Source: Gracilinanus agilis
Lineage: Eukaryota
Direction of reading: 5' to 3'
Assembly: GCF_016433145.1 (NCBI RefSeq)
Contig: NC_058131.1
Span: 27,770,992 to 27,834,991, forward strand
DNA length: 64,000 nt
The notes beneath the pieces were generated by a model. The model had not been told where the DNA came from, searched no databases, and saw nothing but the letters and a program-made list of their open reading frames with translations. Each line of letters begins with the position of its first letter. The first letter of the stretch is position 1. The position numbers were made by a program, and so were the translations under genes. This document shows positions 44,911 to 59,769 of this stretch, piece by piece.

Positions 44911-45105
44911 GGGGGCAGCTGGGTGGCTCAGTGGATTGAGAGCCAGACCTAGAGGAGGGAGGTCCTAGGTTCAAATCTGACCTCAGACACTTCTCAGCTG
45001 TGTGACCCTGGGCAAGTCACTTGACCCCCATTGCCTACCCTTACCACTCTTCTGCCTTGGAGCCAATACACAGTATTGACTCCAAGATGGAAGGTAAGGG
45101 TTAAA
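44911..45105 (+). mobile_element. SINE1_Mdo-like, full length, 17-bp TSD
   Basis: AAAAATGAGGATGAATA at 44894-44910 and 45106-45122. Confidence 0.88.
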
Positions 45106-45471
45106 AAAAATGAGGATGAATAATAGTACCTACTTCAATACCACAGTAATATTGTGACAATCAAGTGAGATAATAATAAATGTGAAGTCCTTTGCCAATG
45201 TTAGAAGGGTATATTCACTGTTATTTAACAGAAATAACATTAACAGAATAGCATATTTTCAGACAGGTAGCTCCATTAAAAACTGCCCCATAAAAGCAGG
45301 GGTTCCCTGAGAGCAGAATGAAAGGAGAAATGGGGCCTCTTCCTTATCTCTCTCCTCCAGGAGGAAGTATCTCTGGTGTTTTCTTTCATATATAACAATT
45401 TCTAGGTTCAGCTAACACTTCTGAATGACAACTGGATGGTTGGCACTGAAACAACCAGTCCATCTCTGGAC

Positions 45472-46385
45472 TGTAGGATTAGGTAAACTGTAAGATGTCA
45501 GAGGTCAGTAGCAATGAAGTCTCCCTAATCCTTGGTCTTTAGAGAAACACACACACACAGGCAGGCTTGACTGAATGGGAGGGGCTGGAGCTTGTGGAAG
45601 TGCTCCTTCACCTCCCCCCTCCCATTTAGCAGTTGGAAATCAGTTAACAGTTTGGTAATGGTGGACAATCTGGCTTGATAACTTCTTGGCCAAAATGGTA
45701 AGTAGGGAAAGGCGAAACTCCTTATGACGATATCTTTCTCTGAATTATTTCCCTGCAGGATGATAGAATTGGTGAAGCTTGATGTCTTAGAAACTCACTG
45801 GCTCAGAGGCTAGGATCAATTTCAGAGCTACAAGTAGGAGGAACTTGGCTTATGGAGGTTGTGAGTATATCCCCAAAATATCTATATCCAGACAATGTTC
45901 CTAGTTGATAAAGGTTTAATGGTATCAGGAAATGGGAAGGGGGAATTAGGATTGATAGGTAAGGAAAAACTACCTAAACAGGTATGTCAAAAGCAGCCCC
46001 TCCCCTCAAAAGGGGAAATGTATCTTAATTGGCTGATCTCTCTAAGCCTCTAAATATTCTTCTTCTAAACCTAGATAGCTAAACTAAGGTAGTCTGTGGT
46101 ATTGTTTGAAGGTCTAACAAAAGTAAAACAGCTTTGGCTGTCAGAGACTGAATGGCTCAGCTCAGAGCTTTGCCCCTCTGCTCAGATCCAAGAGCAGAGA
46201 CAGCACTCAGATCAGGATCAGGACCCAGGACCCAAGACCTAGGACCCAAGACTCTGCAAGCAGGATGATCTGCCTTTTTATACCAGGACTCCAACTGTCT
46301 TTAACTGCCCCCTCTCTTAGAGTTCTGGGGGGCACTATGGAATTCTGTGCTGCAGCTTGAACCCCTCTCAGCAATACGGATCCCA
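45472..46385 (-). mobile_element. Solo LTR in the gene 3 proximal upstream region, 6-bp TSD C(T/C)GGAC
   Basis: TGTAGGAT..GATCCCA termini; TSD at 45466-45471 and 46386-46391; absent in genes 1, 2 and 4; TATAAAAA on the - strand at ~46277. Confidence 0.82.
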
Positions 46386-46452
46386 CCGGACCTTCCAGAA
46401 AGAGCCTAATGGTGACTGTGCTCAGAGGCACTTTCCCCTCACCACAGACTCT

Positions 46453-46469
46453 GTTTCACTTCCTCTCTT
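46453..46469 (-). promoter_or_regulatory. PU.1/Ets-IRF composite element, gene 3
   Basis: GTTTCACTTCCTCTCTT, ~60 nt downstream of the LTR insertion. Confidence 0.6.
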
Positions 46470-46700
46470 ATGTCTGCTGAGCAGGGAAAGTTTCAGCCTA
46501 CCAACAGGCATCTTAGATGACAATGAGATCAAGGAAGGGTCTAAGCAGAACCAAACTCTTTCTGAGTAGGGTTAGAGGATAAAAAGCTACATTATATATA
46601 TATAGGAGACCTCAGTTCCCTTTTAGGTACTGCCTGAGGCTGTGGGACATCTAAAGCTTCCCCAGCTGTGGTGTGTTTGATGAAGCCAGGTAGCCCCCTT

Positions 46701-49700
46701 ATGAGGTCCACTGGGTGTCAAAGGAGCTGGAGATGGTTCTTCTCAGCCGGGATTTTCATTATGGAAGTATTTGCCTTGAGAAAGACACAGGCAGGTAAGT
46801 CTAGAGAGAAGGGGGTTCAGTAGACAGTGTAGAGACAATGGAGCTTTGGGTCTGATGGGGGAAAGTTATTCATTCCCTTCGAAGAGCAGGCAGTCTGTCA
46901 AAAAATATTTATTAAGCATACTTGTTGATTAATTATTATTAAGCATAAAAGCATATTAAGCATAACTCTTATACTCCAGCAAAAATGTGAGGTACTGGGG
47001 ATACCACCAGCCACCAAAATAATAATAATAATAATAATATAGTCCTTGCATAAAGGAGCTCATGCTCTAAAAGGAAGAGACAATATATAAATAAACAAAT
47101 AACAAGATACATTTAGAGGAGCTGAAATGTAACTTTGGAAGGGAAAACTCTAATGATTGTGGCCCCGGGATTGAATGTTTGGTGTGAAGGATGGTAAGTG
47201 GGTCAATTTAATGAAAATGTTGAATGAAGGGGGGGGGGGGGGTTAAGAAAATAGCCTAGAAAGGAAGACTGGAATCAGAATGTGAATAACTTTAAACGTC
47301 ATTAGCTGCCAAAGTTTGCATTTTATCCTAGAGGCAGTAGGGAAGCACTAAAGTTTTTTGGAGATGGAGTGTGGTGTGCTCTGAGAATAGAAAATGGGAA
47401 GATTGGGGAGGACTGATTGGAGAGAGGAGAATTCAAAAGAAGGAAACCCATTGAGGAGCAAATTGCCAAAATCCTGGTGCGAGGGAATGAGGGCCTGAAC
47501 TAGGGTGGAGGAGAGAAAGAGAGAGATTTGAGAGGGGAGACAGAGGTGAATTTAGTTCGGCTTGGATGCTGGTCACATATTGGGAAAGGACAGAGAGAGG
47601 GAAGATTTGAGAATGGATCTGAGATTGCAAATATAGATGATTAGAATATTAGTGCAGTTCTTAACAAAAATAGAAAGTAAGTGAGAAACAGAGGTTTAGG
47701 GAGAAGCTAATGACTTACATTTTTGACATACTGAGTTTCAAATACCTAGAAGCAATCAAATTGGAGAGGTCTGAAAGGAAATGGCTTTTTAATAAGCATT
47801 TATTAATCCTCTATTATGCAGCAGGTACTGTAGTGAGCCCCTTATAAATACTTCCTTCGAGTACCAATAGAAACCTAAGAGGTCAATGTCTTTATTATTC
47901 TCATTTTATGGATAAGGAAACTCAGGTTTAAAGAGCTTTCATGATTTACTTGCCCAGAATCAAACAGCTTAAATGTCTGAGGCTAGATTTGAACTCGAGT
48001 CTTTATAACTACAAGCCTAGCACTCTATCCGCTGTGCCAACTAGCTGATAATAATTAGACTCAAAAGAAAGAGACTAAGAGTTGGATATATAAATTTTGG
48101 AGTGACTTTTTAAATTACATTTAATAGGGGTGGGAAACAGAGAAAGGGCACAGAAATGACTGAGAGGAGGCTCTGGTCCTCTGGTATCCCCTAACCTGAA
48201 ACATCATTTTCTCTTCTTCTCTTCCTTCCTATAATTCAGTCCACCACAGACATGAGCTTCAGTTCACCACAGTGGGTACAATCCACTCTGTCTTGGAACT
48301 AAGTGCAATTAGCCTCATAGATGATGTTGAAGTGGTATCTTATAACAAAGGACAGAAGCAAATTACTATCAAGATACCCTGGATCTCCATAGTACTGGGA
48401 AAAATTCATCTTACCCAGTGGTATAATTTACTGGTGAAATATGAGAAAGATTTCCTCTGGCCAATCCAATTTTTAGCACGGCATGACATCAACCATGATA
48501 GTAAGTCAAATCAACTCATTTCCCCCCCAGCCTGTTTTCCCACATACTTTGTCTGTTTCTCTCCTGAGCCCAGCAGATTCAAGGATCTCAGTAGATCATA
48601 CCATTGAGACAAATTTCTTTGGTCTCATCCCACTGTATCCTTCTCTGGAGAAAGAGCTATGAAGGATCCAGCCCTGGGCCAAAGGTTTCACCCAGTTGGA
48701 TTAACATCCAGGATCATCATCTCCTATAATCCTCTTAAGAGAGTTCTACTTTCTGCCCAGCGACTTTCACTGCTTGCCAAAATTTCTTAATCAATAAATG
48801 TGAACTTCAGAGAATCAAGTCCCGTGCTCTCCTTCAGTCCCAGAGGTTAGAAATATGCTACAGTCCATCCTAGTTACTGATCTCTCTCTTCATCTGGATT
48901 TCAGACATTAGTTCTAGCACCAACTCCTTTCATTATCTTTTATTCCTGCAATTACAAACAACAGAACCACCTCAACAACAAGGTTCTATTATCTGGGGAG
49001 TTTTGAAAGGAAAGAGAATACCCAAATTCAGATATAAATTGATGTAGATCTTAAAAAGCAGAACAGCGCACTGAGAATTTGGGAATGCACTGCATAATAT
49101 AACAGTTCAAACTGGATGGAGTAGAAATGGACATACACCCAGAATGAAGAGAACCTAACTCCCTAGTTAGTCTACCCTACCTGAATTTCCTTTGATTCTC
49201 TGAAGACAGTTTGTTCAAACTATAAATAACCCCCAATGTTTTAAAAAAAAAAAAAAAGGAAAGTCCTCTTTCTACATCTCCCCCACAGAGGGGCTCCTCT
49301 TTTGGGTTCCCTGTCCCCTTTTCACCCAGAAGAACTCTATGTTCCTCCACAGGACACCACACAGCCCAGCTCCTGGCAGAATGTGAAGTGGACAATGACA
49401 TCACAGTAAAGAGTCACATCCATTTAATTTGGAATGGGGAGGAAAGTTACCGGATAGATGAAGAGGTTGGACATTGGGAGAACATAAATCCTGAAGCCAA
49501 GGAATACCCATATATTCTGCAGAGTCCTCTCTGGACCAATCTAACAAAATACTACATGAAGGTATATTGTGTTGACTTGATGAGGAAAATCATTGGGTAT
49601 TCAAGCTTAAGGGATAATGGTGAGTGTTACCTTATTCCCATCTCCTCCTGAAAGGTCTAGGTCACCTCCACAATTCTGTATAGTCACTGGAGTCTCAGAG

Positions 49701-51155
49701 AAAGAGGCAGGAATCCTACCTTCAGATCATAGCCCCAATTGTCAATGGGAAAATTTGTTTTAAATGTGAGAAAGTATGAGTTAGGTTATTTCTTTTTTCC
49801 ATATTTCCTTCTTTCTTTCACACTTTCCTTCCTTCTCTCCATTTCCTTTTTTCCTTTCTTTTTTCTCTACTTTCATTTCTGTTTCCTTCTTTTTTCTGTT
49901 ATTTCAGTACTTTCTTTCCTTCCTTCTTTTCCTCCTTCTTGCCTTTTTATTTCTCCTTTCTTTCTCCCTTCCATTCTTTCCTCCTTTCTTTTTTCTTATC
50001 CTCAAGTTAAAGTCTTTCTCCCATCACTCATCGAGGCAAGACAATGACTCCTAGAGTTCAAAAACCATGGCAGGTAAATACATACTCTAAAATGATCTCC
50101 TTGGCTGAGAAATCTATGTTTACAGTCATGGGGATAAAGAACTATGTATTTTCTGTGTAAAGAGCAGTCTAGCTAAATTTAGAACATCAGCAGCAGGCAG
50201 TTTGCCACCAATAATGTTTTACTTTTTGAGGGGGAGGAAGTGACAGAGATACATGAAGGATAGCCTAGTAAGCATGATGGGTATTCAATCTACATGATCA
50301 GGAGTATCCCCACTGATTCAATCATGGGTGACAGAAGACTAAGTTTCTTGAAGATGGTTTAGAAAGCTGTTGGTGATAAGTTTGTCAAAACCAACAGATG
50401 GTGACTCAGTAACTAGACGTTAACTTAGCACTCTTTCAGGTGTCCAGGCATATACACAGGAATAAAAGGTACTCTCAAGGACCTCATAGATCCATTGGGC
50501 ACCACAGCATAGGAGATGGTGCAATGAGGAATCTGAGAGTATTCATGAAGGTAAAGATAATGGAAGCATCAAACATTGACTAAAGATTGTGACATGAGAC
50601 ATTCTTGATCTCTCCTCCTAGTGGCTCCTGAGGTGGCTGTATCTCAACATGTCAGTCCAGAAGGCAGCATCATTCTCTCCTGCATTGCCACAGGTTTCTA
50701 CCCTCGCTCCATCATCATGCACTGGGAAAAGAATGGGAAGCTGGGGATATGGGGAAATGAGAGTTCCAGTGGCACCCTGCCCAATATGGATTCTACCTTC
50801 TACCTCAAAGTTACCTTAGAACTCTCACCAGAGGACTCAGGTGCAGGTTATACCTGTGTGGTAGAACACAGTGAGCTGAAGAGTCCTGGTATATATTCAG
50901 GTCAGTGTTTTAGCCACACACTCTCATCACATCCCTAAGAAACTGGGCCCCAGAATATAGTTCCATTCTCTCCCCACTTCTTTCATTGAATGCACACTCA
51001 CTTGCATTCTATTCTTTATTTCAATAGTCCCTAGTAAGCCCACTATAAACAAGCCTTGGATTCTTGCACTGGGCATCATGTTGGCTGTCATCCTACTGCT
51101 GAGCTGTGCTGGGGTCTTCATCAAATGGAAGATGAGGAAGACAGTACGAATGTAA
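46701..51155 (+). CDS. Non-classical MHC class I heavy chain, gene 3 (probable UT family), 342 aa
   Basis: Exons 46701-46794 (in-frame ATG 9 nt upstream of the lost shared ATG), 48240-48500, 49353-49619, 50622-50900, 51028-51155; GT-AG, phase 1; open frame ending KWKMRKTVRM*. Confidence 0.87.
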
Positions 51156-52961
51156 GAAGAGAGAAGTGACAGGAAGATTTTGGATTGGGAGCACCAAGGA
51201 GACAGGAGATATTGCTATCATGGCAACCTCAATAACTGATTGTAAGAAAATGTTTTAAGTAGATAATTCCAAAATCTTAGGGTCAAAGTAGTACACAAAG
51301 TCTATGAAATCCCAACCTTACCTGATCAAAAAACTCCTCAATAACATCATGGCAAGTCAATCTCTTCAAGCCCAGTCAGCTTACCTGGGAAAATAGGATA
51401 TTAATGGCATGTGCATCACAGTAATATTCACATAATGTGCCAGTCAAACCTTTAAGTGCTATGGAAATATTGGTAATTGTTATGCCTCTATTAATGCAAT
51501 TAGAGACCACTTTTTAAAAACTGTCATGCCAAGACCAAATCACATTCCTGATTTCTATGAAGTTTTCAGTCCATTAAAATACCCAGGACTTTATGATTAC
51601 AGAAAATATTTTATTGGTGTGTGCATGTGTGCATTTTACACAACTGTAGTATTTAAATTTTATACATATTTCAATCTAATCCAATGCAATCCAACAAGAA
51701 TTTGACAAGGACCTATTAATGTTTTGCTAGACTCTTGTAACACAAGGAGCAAAGGAAAATAGTCTCTGCTCTCATAGAGCTTACATTCTATTGGGGTAAC
51801 TCCTGTAAAATTTCATCTTTTTGTATTCTGCCCATTGTTCTACCCTTTAAAAATCTTTCGGGATCTTGTCTCATTCCCTGGTGTTATTTATATTTTTGAT
51901 GACATTAACTACCCGTCCTGGATTGGAGTCATCTCCAGATTTGATGGACATGTCATCTATGGCTTCATCCAAGCCATCACAAATATGGTAGCTCTTAGTG
52001 AAGAAACTTCTCTTGCTAGACACTCAAAAATTGGTCAATCATCTCTTACAATTCATTAGAGTAAATATTTATTAAATACTTGCTATGCTCAAATGAATAG
52101 ATAGCTTGTTATATATAATGGAGACTCTGTCCTGAAGTTAGGAAGATCTGGATTCGAGTCTCAGATATTTGTTGTTTGACCTTGAACAAGTCATAGTCAG
52201 AGCCTTAGGTAACTCTCTTAGACTAAATTATAAGAAGTGTAAATCTTCGCTGATAGAAGGAGTTCCTCACTGAGATTTCTTTATACTTATGATAGCACAT
52301 GTCGAGACCCCCCAAAAATGCTGAGAGGGAAGTATTATATGCCATTACAGTTCATAGAATCATGTTGATAAATGAAGTTCAGCTCACTGCCTTCTATGAA
52401 GAATCCATCATCTTCCCTTAAAAAAATGTTCAGCCACTCATCTATTTCCAGACCAGCAGGACTGTGTATGTTGGGAGCATGAGTGTGATAATATGATGTG
52501 GGGTATCGTGGTTAAAGTAAACAGAAAGAGATGCTTTGTCCCATGGGGAAATGTGAACGTGACCCTGGATCATCCCTGGCATGATGTCTTCTTTGTTCTG
52601 ATTCCACATGATATCTGGTCTAACCTGGGGTTCATGTATGGATCCACCATTTGTCCTGCTACAGCAGAGAACCTCCTCATGAATAAGCTTTCCCTAATAA
52701 AATCTATTTGATTCTGATCTAGAACAGGCCCCTTTTTCTTTGGTATCACCATAACTTCTCATTAAGATGGAATGGCCCCTCAGGATGGGTATAATCAAAA
52801 CAGAACCACCCAAAACTCATTATAGACTTCTCCCACTCACCATTATTTTTCAGGGATCATTCTTGGTGGCTCCTCAATCTTTTCAGTACCTTGAGATGCT
52901 CTTTATCCAAGACTGGAGACTTGCGCTCTTTGAGGGTACCCCAAACATCTCTAGTCAACTT

Positions 52962-54230
<1,269 letters not shown>

Positions 54231-54444
54231 TAAGAGGGACTTAAACCTTTTTTCTTAAATGACAAAAAATCCTACACATTGCAGTTGAGAGAAAACCTGT
54301 TCTCTTAATGTTTCAATTTCATTCTTTTAAAATCCATAATTTCAAACAAGCTTCCTGTTTTTTGCTTATTATTCTAATGGTTTCTAAAAAGTCTTACTTC
54401 AAGTTTATCTAAAAACTAAATATACTTCTTAAAAATTCTCTACA

Positions 54445-54545
54445 TTGGCTATGGGGGGAGGTGTATTGGGGGGTTTGGGGGAGAGGGAAAGAACATGAAA
54501 CATGTAACTATGGGAAAATATTCAAAATAAAAATTAAAAAATTTT
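54445..54545 (+). mobile_element. L1 3' end fragment
   Basis: G-rich tract, GAACATGAAACATGTAACTATGG, AATAAA and A-tail. Confidence 0.55.
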
Positions 54546-55137
54546 TAAAACTTTTTCTGCAATAACTGCTAATTCTGTATGGTCTTTATTCTATACCTAT
54601 TTATATTGGCCTTACTGTGGTTGTCAAAACATTTGTCTTCCTATCTCAAATTCTAATTAAAATTAGTTTATCCCTAAGAAGCATCTGCTAATAGTGGAAT
54701 CTTTTCCAATAAATAATCAGATTAGTTTGTGGTCAGTATATTCCTTTCCATTCACTCCACAAGCTTCTGCCAGAGCTTGACCTTCCCCTTATCTGCTTAG
54801 TGAAAAAGAGAAGGGGGAAATTAGCCACGGTAGAGGTTTAGTCTTTTTTAAATAGGAGGGAGACCCCTGAGTTGTAATATTGATGGATGATCAGGTTTTT
54901 GCTTCCACATGATCTGACAAGGTATCTCCCTCTTGGACCAAGATGTCTGCTCTCCCTGTTCTGGACCAGTACAATTCTGCTGAGAAGGTAAATAAAGCCC
55001 CTGAGCAGAGATAAAGGAAGAACTTAGGAGAATGGTATAAATGTTTGGCTAGGGTTTTGCTGCACATAGCTTCTCCAAGGTGTCCTGTGCTGGGAGAAAA
55101 TCTCTCTCCAGGATAAACCCTTCTCACAACAATCATC

Positions 55138-55355
55138 TCCTCCTCGTCCTCCTCGTCCTCCTCGTCCTCCTCGTCCTCCTCGTCCTCCTTGTCCTCCTGG
55201 TCCTCGTCCTCGTCCTCCTCGTCCTCCTCGTCCTCCTCGTCCTCCTCGTCCTCCTCGTCCTCCTCGTCCTCGTCCTCCTCGTCCTCCTCGTCCTCCTCGT
55301 CCTCGTCCTCCTCGTCCTCCTCGTCCTCCTCGTCCTCCTCGTCCTCCTCGTCCTC
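55138..55355. repeat. (TCCTCCTCG)n compound tandem repeat running into an assembly gap
   Basis: Direct reading; Ns follow at 55356. Confidence 0.95.
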
Positions 55356-55560
55356 NNNNNNNNNNNNNNNNNNNNNNNNNNNNNNNNNNNNNNNNNNNNN
55401 NNNNNNNNNNNNNNNNNNNNNNNNNNNNNNNNNNNNNNNNNNNNNNNNNNNNNNNNNNNNNNNNNNNNNNNNNNNNNNNNNNNNNNNNNNNNNNNNNNNN
55501 NNNNNNNNNNNNNNNNNNNNNNNNNNNNNNNNNNNNNNNNNNNNNNNNNNNNNNNNNNNN
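55356..55560. other. Assembly gap (205 N)
   Basis: Direct reading. Confidence 0.99.
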
Positions 55561-55609
55561 CTTTCCTGTATATTTTATGATTATTTATTGAAATAAAGGA
55601 TCACAAGGG

Positions 55610-57660
55610 AAAGGTCAGGGGAAGAGGGTTATTAGGGTTCTCTATCTAATGACATCAATCAATGGCAAGTTCTTCAACCTGGCTAAAGCCCCGCTGACCT
55701 GGAAATCCCTCTCTGTCAGATGTTTCTTTTCCTATGCTAATTAATTCTAGGCTAAATCTCAAAAAGAGCAAGTCTCTAGATGGTAGTTGGCACAGGTGAG
55801 AGGTCTGTCTTTCGGACTAATCCAGCCTACCCTCAGGGAAACTGACAGCTCAATCAGTGCACACAGGTCTTCTTTATTTGTTAACAGGAGCAATGGCGGG
55901 AATTCTGTAGTTGTCAGGGTAAGGTAGGAATCTCTCAGGAATGCGTTTGATTTCCAGTCTTGGAGCTGGAACAGAAGCTGCCCTCTCCCCTCAGAGTTGA
56001 AGAGCAATCCCCTCCCTCCCTCTGACATTCCGTTGTTCTCCCTCTCCTCTCCCTCCCCTCCTCTCAAGGTTTGAACTGCTTCCTCCTCTCTCTTCTCTGT
56101 TTCACCACATTCCATTTCATGCTCTTGCAAAATTCCCTTCCCTGTCTTTGAGTTTTTTTGCCTTCCTCTCCAATTTTTTAATACATTTTTAACACTTCAT
56201 TAGTGGGCAATTAATCAATTTCATTTTATGTCAATTCCTGCCTTATCTCCCTCCCCCCCAAAATTCTGATATATAATACAGATAAATCACTCTGTAATTT
56301 TAGCTAACTCTTTTTAACATATTTCAAAACTTATAAAAGGTTCTCCTTTATTCCCTCTTTTGCTATTTTAGTTCTTGAATTCCAATGAATAATTAGAAAC
56401 TTTTTTTCTTTCATCTCGCTAAAGAGATTCTTGTGCTCTTCTGACTTGAGAAACTTTATGAGAGGCAAGCTGGATTTCATTGGAGCAGACTCTAAAGTGG
56501 TGGACAAGGCAATTTACTACCTCCTTCCTACATTTCCCTCTTTTTACTATCTCTATTTTAATTAAACTAAATTGTTAAAGCTACTAACAACCGCATAATA
56601 TAATTTTTAATTATTACAATTGGCAACCACCCTTTTTAACTATTTCAATTCCAAACTCTTAATACTTGGTCCATTCCACATTCGCAGATTAACAAATTTA
56701 AACCTTCTTTAACATACTCATTTGAAAACCAAAAATTTAGACCATACAGAAATTTCTCCATATTGCAATTCTTTCAGAAATCTGGTACTAATTCCTATAT
56801 ACATCAAGTTTATTTTATTACACTTTATCTTCATTTAAGCAGTTAGGACAGCTCTTATTAGGGGGTTGCTACCCATCTGCTTCTTTAAAGAAAAAAAAAT
56901 CCTTTTTTCTGCACCAGGCTGGCTATTAATTACTTCTATTTTTATTTTTTTTATAACCCTCACCTTCCATCTTGGAGTCAATGGGGGTTATTAATTATTT
57001 TTAGAGAAAACATTATATTCCCCATTTTCAGTTGACTCAGATATTTTAGGTATGTGCAATCATTCAAATCTGTAACCATTATTCATCTCAGATCCTAGCA
57101 AGAATAGACAATTCTTTCACCATTAAGTTTTGTACAGAATCAAATTTATCTAAAATTTTATACAACTTGATAAACAATTTTTACACTAAATTAACTATTT
57201 CACACAAGTACATTTCAGAATCATTCATGGTTTCCAAAATCATATATATATATGCATATATATGTATGTATATATAAACACACACATATATATCTTTAAA
57301 ATTAATCCTAATTAAAAATACAATCAAATTGTGGGATCAAATTTTCCTTCTCTTCCTTTTTTTTCGCTTAGATGTCATTAAAGTTTAAGAGGTTCAAAAA
57401 TTCATGTTTTTTTAAAACTGTCAAACAAAGTTTCTGATCTGTCTGTACCCCACTTTCCTGAATGATGGGGGACAGAGAGAGACAAATTTCCTTTAAACCA
57501 ATCCCTCTTTTTTGTGGACACAACATGGTCACAAAGGACAACACGGATAACATTTAACATAAACATTTGAATTTGGGATCATCTAATGTGTTTTACTTTT
57601 TCTTAACATTTTGGGATACGGTGCTTAAAAATCTTCTTGCTGTGTGTTGGCTGAAACATT
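55610..57660. mobile_element. Paralogous copy of the 40828-43290 LTR/ERV-derived block
   Basis: Colinear similarity to 40828-43290 but lacking the 545-bp LTR. Confidence 0.45.
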
Positions 57661-59514
57661 TACTGACTCCTTTAGATGCCGTCCATTCTGATTTTTGACA
57701 GATACTGAAACATCTGTGGGATCACTGCAGATAGAATTATGGGCATGCATTCAAAAAGGTACCTATTGACTTTCCAAAGGCCAAAGTAAAACAATTGTCT
57801 TTCTCCCCAAATTCTGCCCTCTTCCCACACTCACTATTCCTGCTAAAGGTGTTCCCATCCTCCCAGACCCACATCTGGCAGCCTCACTGTCATTCTGGAC
57901 ACCTTACTGTCATTCACCTCACATCTGTTGTCAGGTCACGTCATTTCTACCTTCTCTATATATCATATAAATCAACTTCTCTCTTCCTTACATCCACAAC
58001 TCCTCTAAATGGTTCTTATCTCTCACCTGGATGATTACAATAGCCATTTCATTCACTCCTACCTAAAATCTCTCCCCACTATACTCCATCCTCCAAACAA
58101 CTTCCTAATACAAATTGATTTTCCCTATGCTCAGGTCCCACTATGTGACTTCTCTGTTTGACAAAATCCTGGACCTTCCTATGATCTAACTAATCAGGAC
58201 ATACAAAATAAGCACACAATGGACAGTCAAGAACCTTAGGTGAGATGATGAGAGCACCTGGGGTTGTCAGAGAGAGAAATCAAAGGAAGAAGAGATCACA
58301 TTCCTGGAGTTCAGGGGAAGTTTAGGGGAGGTAGGGGCATCTGAGTTATATCTTAAAAAAGGGAACTAGATTGGATGGAGTTTGAGGATCCATGTATTTT
58401 AGGCACGTGGATGAGGAAGTGGGATGAAAAGCAGAGTTAGGATAAGTCAGAGTGAGAAAAGGGGAAACCAGATAGAATACAGTGGAATTGCCAAGGTATA
58501 TAGAAATCACATTTCAGTAAAATACCACAAAGCCCTCCATTAAGGAAGGCCTCCAACACCTTGAGGGCAACCTTTGCCATAAAGTGATGGAAGCATGTGG
58601 TCAAGAGTCATACAGGGTGGTTAGGTTATGATCAAATCATTAAAATGAGCACCAGAATGGATGAGATCACAAATTAATTTGAACATCTGAGACAGGATTG
58701 TGCATTTATACATACACAGTCACCATGATGAGTGACAGAAGATTTTTGGCTTTATTTTAATTAGAGGTGGGTTCTGTTTAAACAATTTTGTCACCTTTTA
58801 GTACAGGCAATGAAAACTAGTCACAGTCACAATAATAAAAGCCAGACACACAGATGGTGAGCATACAAACACTGCGATATGCCACCCAAGATTCAGTGGC
58901 CAGGTTCTGGCAGTCATCGAGGGGCCAAGTTGAGAGGAAATCACAATTAATCAGCATGGAAAGGCAATGTGGAATAGGATCAAGAATGTCAACAGACCTA
59001 GTGTTAGTATGACTTCTCTTTGAATTCTTCCTTAGACTTCATCCTGAGTGTCTTTATTCTTGAGAAGTAATTTAACCTCTCTTGGACTCAGTTTCCTTAT
59101 CTGAAAAACAAGGATGAATAATAGTACCTACTTCAACACCACAGCAATATTGTGACAATCAAATGAGATAATAATAAATGTGAAGTCCTTTGCCAACGTT
59201 AGAAGGGTATATTCATGGTTATTTCTGTTAATAATATTTCTGTTTCAGACAGGTAGCTCCATTAAAAACTACCCCATAAAATCAGGGGCTCCCAGATAGC
59301 AGAATGAAAAGAGAAATGAGGCCTCTTCCCTATTTCCTCCAGGAGGAAGTCTCCCTGGTGTTTTCTTTCAGACATAACCATTTCTAGATTCAACTAACAC
59401 TTGGGAATGGCAACTGGATGGTTGGCACTGAAACAACCAGTCCATCTCAGGGCCTCCCAGAAAGAGCCTAATGGTGACTGTGCTCAGAGGCTCTCTCCCC
59501 TCACCACAGACTCT

Positions 59515-59531
59515 GTTTCACTTCCTCTCTT
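59515..59531 (-). promoter_or_regulatory. PU.1/Ets-IRF composite element, gene 4
   Basis: GTTTCACTTCCTCTCTT, 255 nt upstream of the ATG. Confidence 0.6.
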
Positions 59532-59769
59532 ATATCTGCTAAGCAGGGAAAGTTTCAGCCTGGTAACAGGCATCTTAGATGACATTGAGAAGAGGGCAGG
59601 GTCTAAGCAGATGCAACCCCATCCTGGGTAGACTTAGGGGATGAAAAGCCATGTTACATACATAGGAGACCTCAGTTTCCTTTTAGGTACTGCCTGAGGC
59701 TTTGTGACATTTAAAGCTTCCCCAGCTGTGGTGTGCTTGATGAAGCCAGGTAGCACCACTCTGTAGAAC

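Larger units (their letters stand above)
54873..55605 (+). mobile_element. Probable LTR containing the (TCCTCCTCG)n array and the gap
   Basis: TGTAAT start, TATAAAT at ~55035, AATAAAGGATCACA end; no TSD match. Confidence 0.4.

Noticed and set aside
55080-55596. Poly-LV and poly-S ORFs
   Set aside because: Translations of the TCCTCCTCG repeat and the N gap.
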